Shown here piece after piece: positions 56,201 to 64,000 of a stretch of 64,000 nucleotides of DNA (the first letter of the stretch is position 1; each line of letters begins with the position of its first letter). Source of the DNA: Kiritimatiellota bacterium (lineage in GTDB: Bacteria; Verrucomicrobiota; Kiritimatiellia; JAAZAB01); NCBI GenBank assembly GCA_026398415.1, contig JAPLSY010000088.1, forward strand, positions 13,633-77,632, in the 5' to 3' direction. The position numbers were made by a program, and so were the translations under genes. The notes under the pieces were generated by a model. That model saw only the letters and a list, made by a program, of their open reading frames with translations. It ran no database searches and was not told the DNA's origin.

Positions 56201-59200
56201 CGCCGGTACGGCGGGCTGGATTCTGACCGGTCCGCTGTTGGTGCTGTGGGGGAGCGCTCCGTTCGCGGCTTGGATCACGAGCCGGCCGTTTGTTCGACAT
56301 AAGGCACAGTTGACGGACGAACAAATCTTCTTTCTCCGAAACGTGGCGCGGCGCACATGGGCCTTTTTTGATCATTTTATCGGGCCGGAACATCACTGGC
56401 TGCCGCCAGATAATTTCCAGGAAGTGCCCCATCCCCATGTCGCGTTGCGCACCTCTCCGACCAACATTGGCATGGGACTGATCAGCACTCTGGCGGCCTA
56501 TGATTTCGGGTACCTGTCCGCCGGCCGCCTCATCGCTCGGATCGAACAGACCTTGGCCACCATGGAAAAACTAGAGCGCTACCGTGGGCACTTCTACAAC
56601 TGGTACGATACGCAAACGCTCATTCCGCTTCACCCGCGCTACGTGTCAACAGTAGACAGCGGCAATTTGGCCGGCCACTTGACCACGCTCAGTGAGGGGC
56701 TTCGGGAATTGCCGGGCGCGCCGCTGTTGCCCCCGCACTGGTGGAAAGGATTCGAAGATACCTCCCGGATACTACTGGAGGAAATAGATCGCCTGACGGC
56801 CGGCCATGCAGAATCAAAAACAGGTTTGCGTCAAATGTCAGAAATCAGAAATCAGATATCCGTCATCCGTCGTCTGTCGTCTGCCGTCTGTCTCCCGGCT
56901 CTGCACCGGGTGCTGACGGACTTTTGTTTTCTGCTGGCCGAATTGGCGCCCGGGATATCCTCCGACGACCAGGCTCCGCCTGAGCGCTCCGCCCAGGCGA
57001 GAAGCGTGACCTTCTGGTTGACGGCTTTGCGCGCGGAGTGCGATGATTTGCTGGGTGAGCTCCGGTATTTGACTCCCTGGCTTGACGAAGCGCCTCCGGC
57101 GGCATCTTCGTCTTCGGGAACCGGCCTGCCCACACCTGCCCGCAGTGCGATGCACAGCATTGCAGGCGGGTCGCTACGCGAAGTGTTGCGGGCGGGGGAA
57201 CAAGACGATGCGCTATGGGAGATCTTGTTGGCGGAGATCACCCCCGGGGTTACGCTGAAAGATTTGGCCACCTTGGCCCAGCGCCTGGCGCCGCGGGTGG
57301 ACCAAATCCGCCGGGAATGTCCGGATTCGCCCCGCGTGGAAAGGTTAAGCAAGCTCCTGACAGTGGCCAGTGAGCACGCGACAGAGCGCATCGAGGCCAT
57401 CCAGGATCTCATGGCCCGGTGTGAGGAATCAGGCGAGATGGATATGGAATTCCTGTATGACCCCCTGCGGCACTTGCTGTCCCTGGGATACAGCTTGGAA
57501 ACGCGCCGGTGCGACACGGGTTACTACGATCTCCTGGCGTCGGAAGCGCGCTTGGGCAGTTTCTTGGCCGTAGCGCGCGGTCAATTACCGCTCGATCACT
57601 GGTTCCATCTGGGCCGGCAGCTTGCCCCCGGCGGCGGATCGCCGGTGCTCGTGTCGTGGAGCGGGTCGCTGTTTGAGTATCTCATGCCCTTGCTGGTGAT
57701 GCCGAGTTTCGACAATACCTTACTGGATCAGGCGTGCCAGCGGGCAGTCAGGCGGCAGATGCGATATGGCCGGCGACATCATATTCCCTGGGGATTTTCC
57801 GAGTCCTGCTACAACCAGGTGGATTCCCAAATGACCTATCAGTACCGGGCATTTGGTATTCCCGGTCTGGGCCTGAAACGCGGGTTGGCCGACGATCTGG
57901 TGGTGGCCCCTTACGCCAGTGTAATGGCGCTGATGATTGCCCCCCGGGAGGCCTGCCGGAACCTCCAAACCTTGAGCGGTCAGGGTCTGGCCGGCCGGTT
58001 CGGATTGTATGAAGCGATCGATTACACTTCGAGCCGGCTGCCAAGCGGCGAGCGATGCGCTGTGGTTAGAACTTACATGGCCCACCACAGCGGGATGAGC
58101 CTTCTGGCTCTGGACTTTGCCTTGAACGGACAGCCGATGCAACGCCGCTTCCTGTCAAACCCGCCGTTCCGGTCCGCGATCCTGTTGTTGCAGGAACGCA
58201 TTCCGGTGGCCGGCATCAGGCCGCAGACCGGTAGGAACGTGGCCGAAACGCCGGACCGCAATCTTGCGGATAAAGCGACCGAGACCATCGCCCGATTTTT
58301 TACAACAGCGGACACGCCCATTCCCGATATCCACCTGCTTTCCAACGGTCGTTACCATGTCATGATTACCAATGCCGGGGGAGGTTATAGCCGGTGGCAG
58401 GACCTGGCGCTGACGCGCTGGCGGGAAGATGTGACCCGCGACAACTGGGGCACCTTCTTTTATATCAAGGATGTAGGTTCGGGTCACAGCTGGTCGACAA
58501 CCTGGCAGCCGCTATGCCAGGACCTGGACCGCTATGAAGGGACGTACTCCCAGGGGATAGCGGAATTTCGCGCCGTCAAGGACCAGGTCGAAGTCCACAC
58601 GCGGATCGCAGTCTCGCCCGAAGACGACATCGAGTTGAGACGGATGATTGTGACCAATCTTTCCCGAAAGAGTCGGACCCTGGAACTGACCAGCTACGCC
58701 GAGGTGGTGCTTTTGGAACCCCGCGCGGAAGCCGGGCATCCGGTCTATCAAGGCCTCTTCGTGCAGACCGAATTATTGCCGCGCAAGGCCGCGATTTTGT
58801 GCACGCGGCGGTCCCGATCCGCCGAAGAACATTGGCCTTGGCTTTTCCATGCGATGATTGTCCGCAGCCCGTCCGCCGGGCCGCCGCCTTCGTTTGAAAC
58901 AGACCGCTCCAGGTTCATTGGCCGAGGACGGACATCGGCCGCGCCGGCCGTGTTAACTAAACCCGGTTCTTTGTCCAACAGCGCCGGGAACGTTCTTGAT
59001 CCGGTCGTCGCCGTTCGACGCCAGCTTCGACTCCGCCCTGGGGAAAGCATTGTCGTGGATGCTATCCTGGGGATTGACAAGAGCCGTGAGGGCGCCGCTT
59101 CACTGGTGGATAAATACCATGACCATCGCCTGGCAGATCGGTTGTTCGATGTAGCCTGGACCCACAACCAGGTGCTGTTGCATCAGTTGCGGATCAGTGA

Positions 59201-62162
59201 AGCCCAGGCCCAGCTTTTTGGGAGGTTGGCCAGTTCGATTCTATACGCCGATTCCCGCTGTCGGGCCAGTCCGAGCCTGATTGCCCGGAATCGCAAGGGG
59301 CAGTCCGGTCTGTGGAGCTACGGGATTTCCGGCGATTTGCCCATTGTCCTGTTGCGCATGAGCGATTTGGCGAACCTGGATTTGGCCCGGCAACTGATTC
59401 ACGCCTATGCTTATTGGCGGCACAAAGGCCTTCGCGTGGACCTGGTTATCTGGGCGGAAGCCTTTTCCGGCTATCGTCAGAGTCTTTTTGACGCCATCAT
59501 CGGGCTGGTCCATAGCGGACCCGAGAGTCTGATTTTCGATCAATCCGGCGGGATTTTCGTGCGTAACATTGACCAGGTGCCGGAGGAGGATCAGCTCCTG
59601 TTACAATCGGTCGCCCGGGTCATTCTCAGTGATCGCTTCGGCAACCTGGCCGAACAGATCGAACGCCGGATCAGCCAGGAGGCCGGCGTCGAAGACTTAT
59701 TGCCGGTCGTGGAAGCGGCTAAGCCGCTTCCCGGCGAGCGGGAGATTCCGAAGCGCGACCTGACCTTTTTCAATGGGTTGGGCGGATTTACCGGGGATGG
59801 CCGGGAATACGTGGTCCGGCTTTATCCGGGCCAGGCGACCCCGGCGCCCTGGGCCAACGTCTTGGCTAATCCCCTGTTCGGGTCGGTGATCAGCGAATCG
59901 GGCAGTGCCTACACGTGGTTTACCAATGCCCATGAGTTCCGGCTCACGTCCTGGCACAACGATCCGATCTGTGATTCGAGCGGGGAGGCCTTCTACATTC
60001 GCGATGAGGAGACGGGCCGGTTCTGGTCGCCGACCCCCGGCCCGGCCCGGGGTATCAATCCTTACGTGTGCCGGCACGGACTCGGTTACTCGGTATTCGA
60101 GCATACGCAGGACCGTCTATTTACGGAACTGACTACCTATGTGGGGGTGGACGCGCCGGTGAAATTTATTTCCATCAAAGTGCGCAATCTATCCGACCGC
60201 ACCCGCCGAATCAGTGTTACTGGTTTCTGTGAATGGGTTCTCGGCGAAAGCCGGAGCCGGTCTGCCATGCATGTGGTCACCCGGCTTGATCCGCAGACGG
60301 GTGCCATCTTCGCCCGGAATGCTTTCAATATCGATTTTCCCGGCCATGTGGCCTTCTTGCATTGCAATGAGTCGGATCGCAGTTTGACCGGGAGCCGTAT
60401 GGAATTCATCGGACGGAACGGGTCCCCGGCCATTCCCGAAGGGTTGAGGCGAAAGCATCTTTCCAACCGCATTGGCGCCGGCTTGGATCCCTGCGCGGCC
60501 ATCCAGGCTTATCTTGAGATCCCCCCCGGCCAACAACGGGAAGTCGTCTTCGTTTTGGGCGCCGCCAAAAGTGAGTCGGAGGCCAGGTCGCTCCTGCGGT
60601 CGTTCAGCGGGAACGATGGGGCCCGGCAGGAATTGGAAAGGGTCTGGCAGTTCTGGAAGCACCAACTCGGCAGCGTCTATGTCGAGACGCCGGATCCATC
60701 GGTAAACTTTCTGGTAAATCACTGGCTGTTGTATCAGGTGTTGACGTCGCGGTTCTGGGGGCGTAGCGGGTATTACCAATCCAGCGGGGCCTACGGATTC
60801 CGCGACCAGTTGCAGGATTCCCTGGCGTTCCTGTACGGGGACCCGGGGCTGACCCGCCAGCATCTGTTGATTGCGGCCGGCCGTCAGTTCGGCGAAGGCG
60901 ACGTGCAACACTGGTGGCATTCACCGTCCGGCCGCGGCATCCGGACACGCATTTCAGACGACTATCTGTGGCTGCCCTATGTCGCTTGCCGCTACGTTGC
61001 GGTCACCGGGGATACCGGAATCCTGGATGAGGAGATTCCCTTCCTGGATGCGCGAGCCCTGGGCGCGGCGGAGGAATCCAATTTCGACCGGCCCGCTATC
61101 AGCGAGCATCGGGCTTCGCTATACGAGCACTGCGTTCGGGCGATCAAGCACGGCCTGGCTTTCGGCGCACACGGCCTGCCGCTCATGCAGGGCGGGGATT
61201 GGAACGACGGAATGAACCGGGTCGGACGTGGCGGAAAAGGCGAGAGTGCCTGGCTGGCTTTCTTCCTGTACGACGTGCTCATAAACTTTGCGAAGCTGGC
61301 CGTCCGGCGCGGGGATGATCCCTTGGTAAAATTGTGCGCCGATCAGGCGGAGCGGCTCAAGCGCCAGATCGAGGCCGAGGCCTGGGATGGGCTCTGGTAC
61401 AAACGCGCCTTTTTTGACGATGGGACGCCTCTTGGGGCGGCGGAAAATCACGAATGCCGGATTGATTCGCTCCCGCAGAGCTGGGCCGTCCTCAGCGGCG
61501 CCGCCATTCCCGGGAGAGGCGTACAGGCGATGCAATCGGTTTCCAAACACCTCGTGGACCGGAATCTCGGCGTGATCAAACTGTTCGACCCGCCTTTCGA
61601 TTCGGCGCCGTGGGATCCGGGATACATCAAGGGGTATATCCCCGGCGTTCGCGAAAATGGCGGCCAGTATACCCATGCCGCGGTCTGGACGGCTATGGCA
61701 TGGGCTGCCCTCCAGCGCCCCGACGAAGCCTGGGACTGCTTCACCCTGCTAAATCCGATTCGGCACGCCGATACGCCCGAGCGGGCGGCGATTTACAAGG
61801 TGGAGCCTTACGTGGTCGCCGCCGATCTATATACGGCCAAGGGCCAGGAAGGCCGGGGCGGCTGGACCTGGTATACCGGGGCCGCCGGATGGATGTATCA
61901 ACTGCTCGTGGAACATCTCCTTGGATTGAAACTGAAAGTGGATCGTCTGACCCTGGCGCCGCTCTTTCCCGCGGGATGGTCGGAATACAAAATTCACTAC
62001 CGTTACCGGAACACGTTCTATCATATTCAGGTTATTCGAATGGAACCGGCGGCGTTGCATGTTCGCCGTCTGGTTGTTGACAACATCGAGCAACCCGACT
62101 TGACGATCCCTCTGGTCGACGACCGCCTCGACCATTTTGTTCAGGTGGAAGTGCGTAGTTGA
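53274..62162 (+). CDS. ndvB: Cyclic beta-1,2-glucan synthase (Cgs/ChvB/NdvB-like; GT84 glycosyltransferase plus C-terminal GH94 phosphorylase-like domains), about 2960 aa
   Basis: N-terminal EPPLRAELFGLEQF region and multi-TM segment. GT domain (VITLDADTQLPPQAAAKL). C-terminal GH94 signature (GGDWNDGMNRVGRGGKGESAWLAFFLYDVL). The ORF track starts at 53181; a GTG at 53274 lies 10 nt after AGGAGG and is the likelier start. Confidence 0.75.
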   Translation: MVTFYNLGPISRVIEQFRRRFGRPGTLEVCEPPLRAELFGLEQFGNHGEALASAHDLDPKSGAECLLPRLTENARVIRHSYEVVAEAVRSGQRMAPAAEWLLDNYYLIAEQIDIARMHLPKGYSRALPRLRTGVLRGFPRIYDLALELVSHTDGCVDADNVTNFVKAYQRVRLLKLGELWAIPIMLRLTLLENLRRVAYRIAWRRQHRAMALEWARRFVNVVQKDPRLFVTELADFVRANPPMSPPFIAELYANIEGVHSVIGLAVNWIEQELSLQGQTIELIQQAESQDQAADQVSIGNTITSLRTLNAIDWRKFVEALSVTEAVLCRDPAGIYPRMDFRTRDHYRHVVEDLAKKSDRSEEVVAEMAIKLAVARRNPTAAESRELHVGYFLIDHGLRELQRAAGYRPELIRRIGRIFSCRPLGVYLLIFGGLTALLTVPLFSQIYLRLTTHWGWGVWVAGVILLAVSRSALMLTNWIITLLVPPRPLPRMDFSKGVGDDHRTAVVIPTLLYSEQSMRKLIEHLEICYLANREANLIFGVLLDFPDAAQAERPQEAALLNAAVEGIRLLNGKYAAAGGSLFFLLYRPREWNPAEQVWMGHERKRGKLEAFNRLVCEGARGPFTVIEGDLAVLRSIKHVITLDADTQLPPQAAAKLAGTIAHPLNQPQINPATGCVKQGYGVLQPRLGASLIGSQRSWFARLFAGETGLDPYTRAVSNVYHDLCGEGPFVGKGIYNVQAFYTATGNRFPLNRILSHDLIEGCYARCGFVNDVELIEDSSPSYLADSRRHHRWIRGDWQIARWLLPLVPGPDGKRVVNPLGALAKWMIFDNLRRSLVPAALLATFILGWAGAPNEALRWTATLLTLYFLPSLARSARALLAKAKQAVWLAHLGHVLVNESRTWTIEGLELMFLPFQTSVYLDAILRVFWRLGISGRRLLEWQTAAETARTVSCGLLATARTLWIAPAVALGMASVLIAAGTAGWILTGPLLVLWGSAPFAAWITSRPFVRHKAQLTDEQIFFLRNVARRTWAFFDHFIGPEHHWLPPDNFQEVPHPHVALRTSPTNIGMGLISTLAAYDFGYLSAGRLIARIEQTLATMEKLERYRGHFYNWYDTQTLIPLHPRYVSTVDSGNLAGHLTTLSEGLRELPGAPLLPPHWWKGFEDTSRILLEEIDRLTAGHAESKTGLRQMSEIRNQISVIRRLSSAVCLPALHRVLTDFCFLLAELAPGISSDDQAPPERSAQARSVTFWLTALRAECDDLLGELRYLTPWLDEAPPAASSSSGTGLPTPARSAMHSIAGGSLREVLRAGEQDDALWEILLAEITPGVTLKDLATLAQRLAPRVDQIRRECPDSPRVERLSKLLTVASEHATERIEAIQDLMARCEESGEMDMEFLYDPLRHLLSLGYSLETRRCDTGYYDLLASEARLGSFLAVARGQLPLDHWFHLGRQLAPGGGSPVLVSWSGSLFEYLMPLLVMPSFDNTLLDQACQRAVRRQMRYGRRHHIPWGFSESCYNQVDSQMTYQYRAFGIPGLGLKRGLADDLVVAPYASVMALMIAPREACRNLQTLSGQGLAGRFGLYEAIDYTSSRLPSGERCAVVRTYMAHHSGMSLLALDFALNGQPMQRRFLSNPPFRSAILLLQERIPVAGIRPQTGRNVAETPDRNLADKATETIARFFTTADTPIPDIHLLSNGRYHVMITNAGGGYSRWQDLALTRWREDVTRDNWGTFFYIKDVGSGHSWSTTWQPLCQDLDRYEGTYSQGIAEFRAVKDQVEVHTRIAVSPEDDIELRRMIVTNLSRKSRTLELTSYAEVVLLEPRAEAGHPVYQGLFVQTELLPRKAAILCTRRSRSAEEHWPWLFHAMIVRSPSAGPPPSFETDRSRFIGRGRTSAAPAVLTKPGSLSNSAGNVLDPVVAVRRQLRLRPGESIVVDAILGIDKSREGAASLVDKYHDHRLADRLFDVAWTHNQVLLHQLRISEAQAQLFGRLASSILYADSRCRASPSLIARNRKGQSGLWSYGISGDLPIVLLRMSDLANLDLARQLIHAYAYWRHKGLRVDLVIWAEAFSGYRQSLFDAIIGLVHSGPESLIFDQSGGIFVRNIDQVPEEDQLLLQSVARVILSDRFGNLAEQIERRISQEAGVEDLLPVVEAAKPLPGEREIPKRDLTFFNGLGGFTGDGREYVVRLYPGQATPAPWANVLANPLFGSVISESGSAYTWFTNAHEFRLTSWHNDPICDSSGEAFYIRDEETGRFWSPTPGPARGINPYVCRHGLGYSVFEHTQDRLFTELTTYVGVDAPVKFISIKVRNLSDRTRRISVTGFCEWVLGESRSRSAMHVVTRLDPQTGAIFARNAFNIDFPGHVAFLHCNESDRSLTGSRMEFIGRNGSPAIPEGLRRKHLSNRIGAGLDPCAAIQAYLEIPPGQQREVVFVLGAAKSESEARSLLRSFSGNDGARQELERVWQFWKHQLGSVYVETPDPSVNFLVNHWLLYQVLTSRFWGRSGYYQSSGAYGFRDQLQDSLAFLYGDPGLTRQHLLIAAGRQFGEGDVQHWWHSPSGRGIRTRISDDYLWLPYVACRYVAVTGDTGILDEEIPFLDARALGAAEESNFDRPAISEHRASLYEHCVRAIKHGLAFGAHGLPLMQGGDWNDGMNRVGRGGKGESAWLAFFLYDVLINFAKLAVRRGDDPLVKLCADQAERLKRQIEAEAWDGLWYKRAFFDDGTPLGAAENHECRIDSLPQSWAVLSGAAIPGRGVQAMQSVSKHLVDRNLGVIKLFDPPFDSAPWDPGYIKGYIPGVRENGGQYTHAAVWTAMAWAALQRPDEAWDCFTLLNPIRHADTPERAAIYKVEPYVVAADLYTAKGQEGRGGWTWYTGAAGWMYQLLVEHLLGLKLKVDRLTLAPLFPAGWSEYKIHYRYRNTFYHIQVIRMEPAALHVRRLVVDNIEQPDLTIPLVDDRLDHFVQVEVRS

Positions 62163-62249
62163 AGACAGCCTTTATTCCTGCGACAATCCTCATCCAGGAC
62201 GCGTAGGACTGCGGCGATGGTTGCCACTTGGTAATTAATTTACCGGTAA

Positions 62250-62306
62250 GGCCTGTGGCACCTGGGCCGTGAAGGCGAAAAGTGGCGGGACATGCTGATG
62301 TATTAG
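62250..62306. repeat. 57-bp direct repeat, copy 2 (retains peptidase-like reading frame ...LGREGEKWRDMLMY and a TAG stop; overlaps the PHP gene stop)
   Basis: ggcctgtggcacctgggccgtgaaggcgaaaagtggcgggacatgctgatgtattag. Confidence 0.85.
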
Positions 62307-63217
62307 AGAGCCGGCAATGCGTAGGGCAGGGGCTGGCGGCGCCGGTAGTGCACAGCGTGGGTATAACCTGCACTGCGGGCCAGGGCCAGCGAGGCGTCGA
62401 ACTGCCAACCCACTTCCTCCGGCCGATGCGCATCGGAGCCGAAGCAGATCGGAATGTCCCGTTCCCTGGCCAGCGACAGGAGCAGGGCCGAGGGATAAAT
62501 TTCATGGACCGGTCGGCGCAGGCCGGAGGAATTGATTTCAATGGCCATGCCGGCGGCTGCTACGCGATCCAGGACAGGCTGAGCCATTTCCTTCAAATCC
62601 CGGTCGGAGGGTCGGTGTCCGAATTTTTTCGGCAGGTCCAGGTGCCCAATCACATCGGCTAATCGGCCGTCAGCCAATCGGCTGCCAGTCAATCGACTGT
62701 CTGCCAATTGGCAGTCGGCCAGCTTGCCGATGAGGTCAAAATAGGTGGCCCAAGTGTTCGTAACATCCACGGAATCCCACACATGCCGTTCGTCGGGATT
62801 GTCGAATCCCCAATTGGCGATGTAATGCACTGAGCCGAGCACCAGGTCGAACTCCTGAAGCGGGAGCCAGTCCTGGAGAAAGCGTTCACAGCCTTCGTAA
62901 TAATCGGCTTCGATGCCGAATAGGACCGTCGGTTTACCCGCCTCTGGCGGCGCCGAAGGCGACCAGGGTTGGCGCGCGTGCGCCAAGTCGGCAATCATTG
63001 TCCGATACAGTGGAAACTGGTCAAGCCGCATGCGGTTGACCGGATCGTAACCATCCGGGTTGGGCACATGATCGGTGAAACAAAGTTCCGGCAGGCCCAG
63101 GTCCATGGCCCGCGCGTGAAACGCGGAGGCTTTGCCTTGGGCGTGTTGGCAGAGCTCCGTGTGAATATGATAATCGGGAAGCATCGGCGATAAAAATGGT
63201 TGATGGAGGATGGTCAA
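62303..63217 (-). CDS. PHP-domain phosphoesterase (histidinol-phosphatase HisJ family)
   Basis: N-terminal DYHIHTELCQHAQG (PHP motif I), later HVPNPDGYD and GSDAHRPEEVG. Confidence 0.7.
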   Translation of the reverse strand: MTILHQPFLSPMLPDYHIHTELCQHAQGKASAFHARAMDLGLPELCFTDHVPNPDGYDPVNRMRLDQFPLYRTMIADLAHARQPWSPSAPPEAGKPTVLFGIEADYYEGCERFLQDWLPLQEFDLVLGSVHYIANWGFDNPDERHVWDSVDVTNTWATYFDLIGKLADCQLADSRLTGSRLADGRLADVIGHLDLPKKFGHRPSDRDLKEMAQPVLDRVAAAGMAIEINSSGLRRPVHEIYPSALLLSLARERDIPICFGSDAHRPEEVGWQFDASLALARSAGYTHAVHYRRRQPLPYALPAL

Positions 63218-63272
63218 TGGTTAATGGTGTATGACTCTATTCCGACACCATTTTCCATCAACCATTGACCAT
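63192..63272. repeat. Palindromic microrepeat element (units of about AATGGTTGATGG / AATGGTCAATGG in inverted orientation) forming a long imperfect hairpin between the ankyrin gene stop and the PHP gene start
   Basis: Left arm atggttgatggaggatggtcaatggttaatggtg. Right arm caccattttccatcaaccattgaccatt. Perfect sub-stems of 11-12 bp can be drawn. Confidence 0.6.
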
Positions 63273-63277
63273 TTCTT

Positions 63278-64000
63278 TTAGTCAAGATGCCACGAGGCAT
63301 TCAGCCCGTAGAGCTTTTCGTGATTATGGCCCTTGCCGCCTTTGCGGGCCAGGAGGCGGGCCATGTCGTGTTGTCCATAGGCCTCGGCCCAAGTCAAGGG
63401 TGTATTGCCGATATTGTCACGAGCGTTAATGTCGGCGCCGAAACTCAACATGCATTTAACACCTTCGACATGGCCCCAGAAGGCCGCCCAATGCAAGGGG
63501 GTCAATCCCTGGGTAAAGGTTTTGGATTCGATCTCGGCGCCGTTCTTGAGCAACAACTTGATGGTTTCCACGTGCCCATATTGCGCGGCACAGTGCAGGG
63601 GCGTCAGACCGAAGATATCCTTGGCGTTGATATCGGCATAGTAGGTCAGGAGCAAATAGACCATATCGGTGTGCCCGGCCAGCGCGGCCAGATGCAAGGG
63701 TGTAATGCCGACGCTGTTGACGGCGTTGATGTCGGCGCCTTTTTCAAACAGGAGCTTGACTTTGTCCAGCCGGTTGAACTGGGCGGCCTCGTGCATCGCG
63801 GTGGAGCCATCATCGGCGATGGGTGCGTTGACGTCGGGCGGCGCAGACGCCGCAACTTCCGCGTTGGTCATAGCCGTAGTTACCGGTTCAGGTTTGGCTG
63901 TCGGTACAGCCGTAGCTACCGGTTCAAGCGCGGTAATATTGGTGACACCCGTTACGTTGGTGACCCCCGCCTCCCGACTCGCCGCGAGGTCGGGATCGCC
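63278..64000 (-). CDS. Ankyrin-repeat protein, 5'-truncated by window edge (reading frame stays open upstream of the listed Met through a Pro/Thr/Ala-rich segment)
   Basis: Five or more ANK repeats (GxTPLHxAAxxGHxxxVxxLLxxGADxNA). Own translation of 63872-64000 in frame shows no stop (…LEPVATAVPTAKPEPVTTAM). Confidence 0.7.
   Translation of the reverse strand, partial: GDPDLAASREAGVTNVTGVTNITALEPVATAVPTAKPEPVTTAMTNAEVAASAPPDVNAPIADDGSTAMHEAAQFNRLDKVKLLFEKGADINAVNSVGITPLHLAALAGHTDMVYLLLTYYADINAKDIFGLTPLHCAAQYGHVETIKLLLKNGAEIESKTFTQGLTPLHWAAFWGHVEGVKCMLSFGADINARDNIGNTPLTWAEAYGQHDMARLLARKGGKGHNHEKLYGLNASWHLD

Noticed and set aside
30751-56996. Decamer cccaggcgag recurring 4 times (30755, 48588, 53097, 56988) as a possible dispersed motif
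   Set aside because: All occurrences but one are inside coding frames as Ala-Gln-Ala-Arg-type codons in a GC-rich genome. Most likely compositional or codon bias. Not enough to call a repeat family.

Overview
High-GC bacterial chromosome segment; the gene content (FG-GAP/LamG giant protein, HEAT, TPR/Sel1, ankyrin and GH78 genes) resembles Planctomycetes-Verrucomicrobia-type genomes, but no taxon can be assigned from sequence alone. The left ~15.5 kb (1-15552) is an integrated genomic island, with a low-GC core at about 5.2-9.1 kb. The island ends at a tyrosine integrase (14071-15375) next to a 3' fragment of a tRNA-Leu(CAA) gene (15496-15552). It carries a dense defence-type cargo: a WYL-domain regulator whose stop overlaps the start of a DUF1016/YhcG PD-(D/E)xK nuclease; an uncharacterised 339-aa protein convergent with an HNH endonuclease; and a minus-strand operon of a type IIG restriction-modification enzyme (MmeI-like, NPPY), a putative reader-nuclease fusion and a DUF2779-like Cas4/DEDD nuclease. 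It also carries a HicB-like antitoxin overlapping an ORF6N protein, and a Sel1/TPR/20-aa-repeat protein operon that runs off the window start. The remaining ~48 kb is chromosomal housekeeping and polysaccharide metabolism: flavodoxin-like reductase, GH5-like hydrolase, PIG-L deacetylase, ceramidase-like protein, serC, an ABC importer, yidC-yidD-rnpA-rpmH, dedA, an outer-membrane barrel protein, a rhamnosidase/CE4/isomerase operon with a 1483-aa FG-GAP/LamG protein and an AraC regulator, pyk, tandem-fused fabZ, a HEAT lipoprotein, speA-speB, an M23 peptidase, a ~2960-aa cyclic beta-1,2-glucan synthase (GT84+GH94), a PHP phosphatase and an ankyrin protein. The cyclic-glucan synthase gene block is bracketed by a 57-bp direct duplication of the 3' end of the M23 peptidase gene. 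Several heptanucleotide and low-complexity microrepeats occur in and between genes. No CRISPR array and no rRNA were found.
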